Below, piece by piece: positions 58,098 to 64,000 of a stretch of DNA of 64,000 bases (position 1 is the stretch's first letter; every line of letters starts with the position of its first letter). The position numbers and the translations under genes are program-made. This DNA is from Opitutales bacterium (lineage in GTDB: Bacteria; Verrucomicrobiota; Verrucomicrobiia; Opitutales; PNEW01): positions 1,248,001 through 1,312,000 of the forward strand of contig CBDANS010000007.1 of NCBI GenBank assembly GCA_965197745.1. Direction: 5' to 3'. The notes beneath the pieces are model-generated. The model saw nothing but the letters and a program-made list of their open reading frames with translations, made no database searches and had not been told where the DNA came from.

Positions 58098-60134
58098 ATG
58101 GAACTAATCAGATTCAGCAGCTACCGGATTCATATTATTATGGTGATGGCAATCACCGCTGTTTTTTTTGGCTGCAGCAGGAACCATGACGCTCAGTCAA
58201 CAGGCGAACCGGGCAAACCTGGTGGAGCCGTGGTCAGCACCGAAGGGTTCAGTTTTATTTATAAAGGTTCACTTCCCACCTCATTCAGCGAAGCGCCAGA
58301 ATTGGCAAAGCGTGTTGCCGCGGGGGAGTTGCCGCCGGTTGAAGATCGCATACCGGAAGAACCGTTGATTATTCCCCCTATCGAACGCATCGGCCAGTAC
58401 GGTGGCATCTGGCGACGTGGTTTCACGGGTCGAGCTGATCGCAACAACTTCGACCGTATAGTCCATGACCATTTAATTTACTTTGACTTCGACGGCTACA
58501 CCCTGGTCCCCCATATCGCTAAATCTTGGGAGATCAGTGAAGACGGGACTACTTTCACTTTCCACTTACGCGAGGGCATGAAGTGGTCTGATGGGGCCCC
58601 GTTCACGGCTGACGACTTTGTCTTCGCCTTCGAAGATGTGACCTTGAATGATAATATCAACCCGGTAAAACACATCTACTTTAAGACAGATGGAAAACTG
58701 TTCAAAGTGGAAAAGTTAAATGAGAACACGGTTCGTTATACCTTTCAAATACCGAACTATATGTTCACCGAGAATGTTGCTGGATTAGCTATTGGGGGCC
58801 AGTTCATTCGCCAATGGGGTAGCCCACTGTTTGCCCCCCGCCATTACCTGATGCAGTTTCTTCCGAAGTATACCTCCACAAGTGAACTGAATAATAAAGT
58901 GAAGGCCTCTGGAGATAAAAGCTGGGTGCAACTCTTTATGCGTATGGCTTCCCCTCACGAGAACCGTGATTTGCCGGTGGTCGCGCCCTGGAAGATGGTA
59001 ACACCGATAACCACTGATGTTTACTCTTTGGAGCGTAACCCCTATTACTTTGCGGTGGATCCCCAGGGAAATCAACTCCCCTATATCGATAAGATTGTCA
59101 GCCACCTGAGTGAGGACTTGGAGGTATTCAATGCGCGCGTGATGACCGGTGAAGTGGACATGCAGCACCGACATGTCATGTTGGATAAGGTTCCTGTGCT
59201 AAAGCGCGAAGCAGCAAGAAATAATTACCGCGTGCTCATCTGGCCTAATTCAGGAGGATCAGACGCCGCGATCATTATTAATCAAACCTGGGAGGGGGAC
59301 CTGGAAATAGAAAAACGGCTTCGAGACCGTGATTTTCGGATTGCCCTTTCTCTTGCCATCGATCGGGAGGAAATAAATGAATCAATATTTCTGGGCATGG
59401 GTAATCCAAGAGCCTACGTGGCCACTCCGAATAATGAGTATTATCCCGGCCCTGAATATGAAAAAAAATACGCGGTGCGCGATCTGCATAAAGCCAATGA
59501 GATCCTCGATAAATCAGGCCTCGAGAGAAGAGACCGCGAGGAGTACCGCCTGCGGACTGACAATAATGAACGGCTTATTATCACCCTCTCAGTTTTGAGG
59601 CAGGCGATGGTAAATTTTGAAGGTGTAGCTGAATTACTCGTGAACCACTGGAAGGATATCGGCATAAATATTCATTTAAGTGTTGAAGAGCGAAGTTACT
59701 ATAGCAGACGCGGATCGACCAATAAACATCAGCTTAGCATGTGGGTATCAGGTGGAACGGCAAATCCCTGGACTTCCGGGTCGCTGACCTGTCCCATTGG
59801 TAATGGTGGTTTCGCCCCACTCATCGGCACCTGGTATTTAAATGACGGTCAAAAGGGTGTAGCCCCTGCCGGCGATCTTAAACGATTACTGGAAATATTT
59901 GAGGAAGGCAACAGGATCCCCAGAAATTTGCGAATGGAACTGGGTAAAGAATTATGGAGAATTCATACTGATAACCTTTTTATGATTGGGACCGTTGGGC
60001 AATCTCCGGCCATGAACGGCGTTGTCGTGGTGAAAAATAATTTCCGCAATGTACCGGATGTCGCTCCTAACAGCTCACGAATACAAAACCCTGGCATCGC
60101 CCGACCCGAACAATTCTTTTTTGAGCGAGAGTGA
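58098..60134 (+). CDS. ABC transporter family-5 solute-binding lipoprotein (paralog 1)
   Basis: FFGC lipobox, GELPPVEDRIP, GQYGG, KWSDGAPFTADD, ERNPYY...GNQLPYID, FRIALSLAIDR. Confidence 0.92.
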   Translation: MELIRFSSYRIHIIMVMAITAVFFGCSRNHDAQSTGEPGKPGGAVVSTEGFSFIYKGSLPTSFSEAPELAKRVAAGELPPVEDRIPEEPLIIPPIERIGQYGGIWRRGFTGRADRNNFDRIVHDHLIYFDFDGYTLVPHIAKSWEISEDGTTFTFHLREGMKWSDGAPFTADDFVFAFEDVTLNDNINPVKHIYFKTDGKLFKVEKLNENTVRYTFQIPNYMFTENVAGLAIGGQFIRQWGSPLFAPRHYLMQFLPKYTSTSELNNKVKASGDKSWVQLFMRMASPHENRDLPVVAPWKMVTPITTDVYSLERNPYYFAVDPQGNQLPYIDKIVSHLSEDLEVFNARVMTGEVDMQHRHVMLDKVPVLKREAARNNYRVLIWPNSGGSDAAIIINQTWEGDLEIEKRLRDRDFRIALSLAIDREEINESIFLGMGNPRAYVATPNNEYYPGPEYEKKYAVRDLHKANEILDKSGLERRDREEYRLRTDNNERLIITLSVLRQAMVNFEGVAELLVNHWKDIGINIHLSVEERSYYSRRGSTNKHQLSMWVSGGTANPWTSGSLTCPIGNGGFAPLIGTWYLNDGQKGVAPAGDLKRLLEIFEEGNRIPRNLRMELGKELWRIHTDNLFMIGTVGQSPAMNGVVVVKNNFRNVPDVAPNSSRIQNPGIARPEQFFFERE

Positions 60135-60141
60135 TCGGTGG

Positions 60142-60273
60142 CGAGTGTCGAGTGTCGAGTGTCGAGTGTCGAGTGTCGAGTGTCGAGTGTCGAGTGTCGA
60201 GTGTCGAGTGTCGAGTGTCGAGTGTCGAGTGTCGAGTGTCGAGTGTCGAGTGTCGAGTGTCGAGTGTCGAGTG
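60142..60273. repeat. Perfect heptamer tandem repeat (CGAGTGT)x18 plus partial unit
   Basis: Counted directly: 18 units 60142-60267 then cgagtg. Confidence 0.97.
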
Positions 60274-60331
60274 AACAGTCGTTTTCTTTCTAACATATTT
60301 CAGAGATTATTACATCATATATTATGCCAAT

Positions 60332-60436
60332 GGTGGAGCGGGCTGCCTGACGGCCATAGTCCCGCCACCGCGGGACGACGGCTGTTCCCAAGCACGCTTC
60401 TTCATGATTACTTATTATAAACGCCGCGTTCCACCT
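60332..60436. repeat. GTGG-type REP-like doublet with inserted hairpin module
   Basis: ggtggagcgggctg[cctgacggccatagtcccgccaccgcgggacgacggctg]ttcccaagcacgct ... gcgttccacct. Confidence 0.8.
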
Positions 60437-60494
60437 ATATATTATAGTAAATATCTGTCTGGCCGAATATGAAGATTTAATAATAAATGCTATC

Positions 60495-60695
60495 AACCCC
60501 GGAGGGGTGTGATAAATGTAACCCACAGCGCGAGCTGTGGGAGATTTAAACGTTAAAATAATAAAGCCCCAGCGGGGTGACACAAAATATCTTCCGACTG
60601 TAATTGTGTCGCCCCTCTGGGGCTCTGGGTTAAATAATATCTCTCAACCACACAGCTTACGCTGTGGGCTAAGCATTTACCGCCCCTCTGGGGCT
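60495..60695. repeat. ~200-bp compound palindromic element
   Basis: aaccccggaggggtg, cccacagc..gctgtggg and gccccagcggggtgacacaa mirrored by ttgtgtcgcccctctggggct, cacagc..gctgtggg and cgcccctctggggct. Confidence 0.85.
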
Positions 60696-60849
60696 GTGAG
60701 ATTTATGTGTATATTTATATGGGAGAATAAATGGATGATTCTAAGTTTATTGATTATCTTAATTATACTGATAACTAACAATGACGAAACATTTACATTA
60801 TAACCTGCCCATATGTGTTTTTTTTTCTTCTTTCAAATTATACACCTAT

Positions 60850-61172
60850 TATCATCGCGAGGCTGTTTATCAGCCGTGGCGATCCAGGGGAATAGTCATT
60901 ATGCTTACACATACTGGACTTCAGTGAACAGATCACCGCAGAGACGCTGAGTAAATGGATCCATTATGCAAGGTGCAGGATTCAAGGACAGTGATCAGTT
61001 ATCAGTAATACCTCAGTGGTTACAATCAATTCACCTATTGTCATCGCGAGGTTGCTGGGCAACCGTGGCGATCCAGGGGAATGTCAATACGTGACCGGCA
61101 TTCCCTTGGAATGAAAGCTGTCGGGCTTCGCCCTCGATAACCGCAGTCGGCTACGCCTCCTTCGCAATGACA
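60850..61172. repeat. TGTC-tagged repeats: partial copy (60850) and complete doublet (61039-61172)
   Basis: tgtcatcgcgagg...gtggcgatccagggg ... ttcgcaatgaca. Confidence 0.8.
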
Positions 61173-61318
61173 AGTAGAAGACTGAGAATATGAAAATGAC
61201 ATTGTAGTGAATAGTTGAATATACATATACGAAGATTATTGCCAATCGAATATATACTGATAACTAACAATAGTTCTAATATTCATTATACGATGTCACG
61301 TCAGGTCTATTAAGCGAT

Positions 61319-63352
61319 ATGGTGATAAACAATTTCAGCAGCAGTCGGATGCCGGGCACACTAATGATGATGGCAATCATAATTGCCGTATTGGGCTGCA
61401 GCGGAAATAGTAATACCCCACCAGCAAATGAATCGGATATGGTAGAACGGACCGCGGTCAGTACCGAAGACTTCAGCTTTATCTATAAGGGGCCGCCACC
61501 GACCACCTTCAGTGAAGCGCCGGAACTGGCGGAGCGCGTGGCAGCGGGGGAATTGCCGCCTGTTGAAGAGCGGCTACCCGAAGAGCCGTTAATTATTCCG
61601 CCCATCGAGCGCATTGGACAATACGGTGGAACCTGGCGACGAGGATTCACGGGGTATGACACTAACAACGTCGACCGAATAATTCATGACCACGTGATTT
61701 ACTTCGACATCGATGGTTACACTCTCATGCCTCACATCGCTAAAGGATGGGAAATCAGTGAAGACGGGACAACATTCACTTTCCATCTGCGCCGGGGCAT
61801 GAAGTGGTCTGATGGAGCCCCGTTCACAGCCGATGACTTTGTCTTCGCTTTCGAAGAAGTGATTTTGAATGATGATATCAACCTGGCAAAACCCAGTTAC
61901 GCAAAAGCGGATGGGCAACTGTGCAAAGTAGAAAAGTTGGATGAGACCACCGTTCGTTATACCTTTCATAAACCCAACTATGTGTTCATCGAGAATGCTG
62001 GTGGTTTAAAAATAGGTGGCCAGTTCGTTCAAGGTGGGAATCATCCACCCTACGCACCCCGGCATTATTTAAGGCAGTTTCTCCCGAAGTATACCCCCTT
62101 AAGTGATCTGAAAAGTAAAACAAAAGTGAAAGGGTTGAGAAGCTGGGTGGAACTATTCAAACACATGGCTTCACCCCACAGAAACCCTGACTTACCGGTA
62201 GTCGGTGCCTGGAAATTGGTCACTTCGATAACGAGTGAAATATACTCTTTGGAACGCAACCCCTATTACTTTGCCGTCGATCCCGATGGGAATCAGCTTC
62301 CTTACATCGACAAGATTCTATTGCGCCGGTTTGAGGACGTGGAGGTGTTCAATGCACGCGTCATGGCCGGTGAGGTGGATATGCAACATCGTCATGTTCT
62401 TTTAGACAAAGTCCCTGTTCTCAAGCGTGAAGAAGACAAGGGTGATTACCGCTTACTTTTATGGCCTAATTTAGGAGGTTCCGACGGTTTCATCTATGTT
62501 AACCAAACCTGGAAGGGAGACCCGGAAATAGAAAAATGGCTGAGAAGCCGCGATTTTCGGATGGCCCTTTCGCTTGCCATTGATCGGGAGGAGATAAACG
62601 AATTGATTTTTCTGGGCATGGGTAGGCCGAGAGCTTTCCTTCCATTCCCCGATAACCCGTATTATCCCGGTCCTGAATATGAGAATAGGCATGCGGTTCG
62701 CGACTTGAAACAATCCAGCGCGATTCTCGACGCTGTCGGATTGAATAAGAAAGACAGTGAAGGATACCGCTTGCGTACTGACAATCAGGAACGTCTGGTC
62801 ATTAACATATCAGTACCTAGTCAGTCTTTGATTGATTTTGAAGGGATCGCTGAACTTTTCGTTAATCACTGGAAAGATGTCGGTCTTAAATTACATTTAA
62901 GCGTTGAAGGGGAAAGTTACCATGGCATACGCGCGGCAAACAATGAACTTCATCTTAGGATGTGGGTTTCCGGCGGTTCTGAAAATCCGTGGACTTACCC
63001 TAATATGACCATACCCATCTTTCGCGGTACCTTCGCGTCACTCATCGGATTATGGTATGAATCTAACGGTCGAAAGGGCGTAGCCCCTTACGGTGATCTT
63101 AAACGTTTGATAGAAATATTTGATGAAGGTAATGGCCTACCCAAAGCGATGCGAACGGAACTGGGTAAAGAAATATGGAGAATCCATTCAGACAATCTCT
63201 ATGTTATTGGCACCGTCGGCCAATCCCCGGCCATGAACGGCGTTGTCGTCGTAAAAAATAATTTTCGCAATGTTCCCGATGTCGCGCCTAACAGCGCAGC
63301 ATTGCAAACCCCGGGAATTGCCCGGCCCGAACAGTTCTTTTTTGAAAACTGA
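61319..63352 (+). CDS. ABC transporter family-5 solute-binding lipoprotein (paralog 2)
   Basis: VLGC lipobox; colinear with 58098-60134 through to PGIARPEQFFFE. Confidence 0.92.
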   Translation: MVINNFSSSRMPGTLMMMAIIIAVLGCSGNSNTPPANESDMVERTAVSTEDFSFIYKGPPPTTFSEAPELAERVAAGELPPVEERLPEEPLIIPPIERIGQYGGTWRRGFTGYDTNNVDRIIHDHVIYFDIDGYTLMPHIAKGWEISEDGTTFTFHLRRGMKWSDGAPFTADDFVFAFEEVILNDDINLAKPSYAKADGQLCKVEKLDETTVRYTFHKPNYVFIENAGGLKIGGQFVQGGNHPPYAPRHYLRQFLPKYTPLSDLKSKTKVKGLRSWVELFKHMASPHRNPDLPVVGAWKLVTSITSEIYSLERNPYYFAVDPDGNQLPYIDKILLRRFEDVEVFNARVMAGEVDMQHRHVLLDKVPVLKREEDKGDYRLLLWPNLGGSDGFIYVNQTWKGDPEIEKWLRSRDFRMALSLAIDREEINELIFLGMGRPRAFLPFPDNPYYPGPEYENRHAVRDLKQSSAILDAVGLNKKDSEGYRLRTDNQERLVINISVPSQSLIDFEGIAELFVNHWKDVGLKLHLSVEGESYHGIRAANNELHLRMWVSGGSENPWTYPNMTIPIFRGTFASLIGLWYESNGRKGVAPYGDLKRLIEIFDEGNGLPKAMRTELGKEIWRIHSDNLYVIGTVGQSPAMNGVVVVKNNFRNVPDVAPNSAALQTPGIARPEQFFFEN

Positions 63353-63420
63353 CTTTATAATTATATACAATTAATCTTCGTCTTCGTCTTCTTCCCAACA
63401 AATATCAGACAATATTAACT

Positions 63421-63682
63421 TCATATATTATGCCAATGGTGGAGCGGGCTGCCTGACGGCCATAGTCCCGCCATCGCGGGACGACGGCTGTTCCCTAGCA
63501 CGCTTCTTCAATTACAATAATCTAATACACACCTATTGTCATCGCGAGGTTGCTGGTCAACCGTGGCTACCGAGTCCCGCGACTGCGGGCCGACATCTTA
63601 CATTCTAGGGGGCTGTCAATACGTGACCGGCATTCCCCTGGATTGCTTCGGCTCCCGCGGTTGCGGAATCCTCGCAATGACA
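63421..63682. repeat. 90-bp copy of 60315-60404 followed by a complete TGTC doublet (63537-63682)
   Basis: 88/90 identity by direct comparison; tgtcatcgcgagg ... cctcgcaatgaca. Confidence 0.85.
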
Positions 63683-63786
63683 AAGGGAATCATAACCGCA
63701 ATCCGATATCCGAAATCCGCAATTGTACCACAGAGTTGACTAAAATTAATTAGCTTAAATGATGTTGCGATCTTTTGGAGGTCTTA

Positions 63787-64000
63787 ATGGATAACCGATA
63801 TCTCGTTCTTGATTCACGTATAATCGAAAATACAGACAACGCGAAGCTGGCAGTTACGGCAGCGGAGAAGGACCTGAGAAACCCGCTGTTTGGCGAAGAT
63901 AATCCGTGGGAGAAACGTTATGACAATCTTTACGCGAATGTCCTGTATGACGAAGAGGACAAACTATTCAAATGCTGGTATAACCCATTTATTGTCGATC
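63787..64000 (+). CDS. 5' part of a hypothetical protein, same broad family as 55777-57450 (cut by window end)
   Basis: GGAGGT then ATG 63787; manual translation MDNRYLVLDSRII...NPLFGEDNPWE...LFKCWY; not in the ORF track. Confidence 0.75.
   Translation, partial: MDNRYLVLDSRIIENTDNAKLAVTAAEKDLRNPLFGEDNPWEKRYDNLYANVLYDEEDKLFKCWYNPFIVD

Noticed and set aside
60142..60273. Possible CRISPR array
   Set aside because: Contiguous 7-mers with no spacers; no cas genes seen
60341..60384. GGCTG on both sides of the inserted module as a target-site duplication
   Set aside because: The 39299-39340 copy ends in GGCAG without a matching duplication, so it is probably part of the module
60049..60420. ORFs with SSVECRV / TRHSTLD repeats
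   Set aside because: Translation by-products of the stop-free heptamer array
60290..61226. Short ORFs in the intergenic repeats (likewise 49733-49954, 55293-55475, 57533-57968, 63536-63753)
   Set aside because: They are translations of palindromic repeat modules
1..64000. tRNA, rRNA, riboswitch, transposase or integrase genes
   Set aside because: None recognisable by eye; tRNAscan-SE and Infernal would be needed to exclude small RNAs

Overview
Bacterial chromosomal DNA, most likely Verrucomicrobiota/Opitutae (inferred from the MurC-MurB fusion, a LysM gene between murD and ftsW, and a BMC shell gene). 1-18.7 kb is a dcw cluster running rsmH to ftsZ, followed by a lone purS. The remainder is accessory: (i) a DHDPS-family aldolase ending in an encapsulation-peptide-like helix, next to a tandem-domain BMC shell gene, a GH33 sialidase and a C45 hydrolase; (ii) acoCAB-like genes and a sugar/sugar-acid catabolic cluster; (iii) two secreted DNRLRE-like paralogs sharing a conserved ~275-aa C-terminal domain; (iv) two Rieske-fusion genes bracketed by a 47-bp direct repeat that duplicates the PAC2-stop/Mut7-C-start junction; (v) a frameshifted cNMP-binding gene, pilin-like, SEL1, rhodanese, S26, DUF3604 and beta-propeller genes, and two paralogous family-5 solute-binding proteins. 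Intergenic DNA is rich in modular, nested REP-like palindromes and a (CGAGTGT)18 array. I saw no rRNA, tRNA, CRISPR array, transposase or integrase. All family calls come from motif recognition by eye, without database searches.
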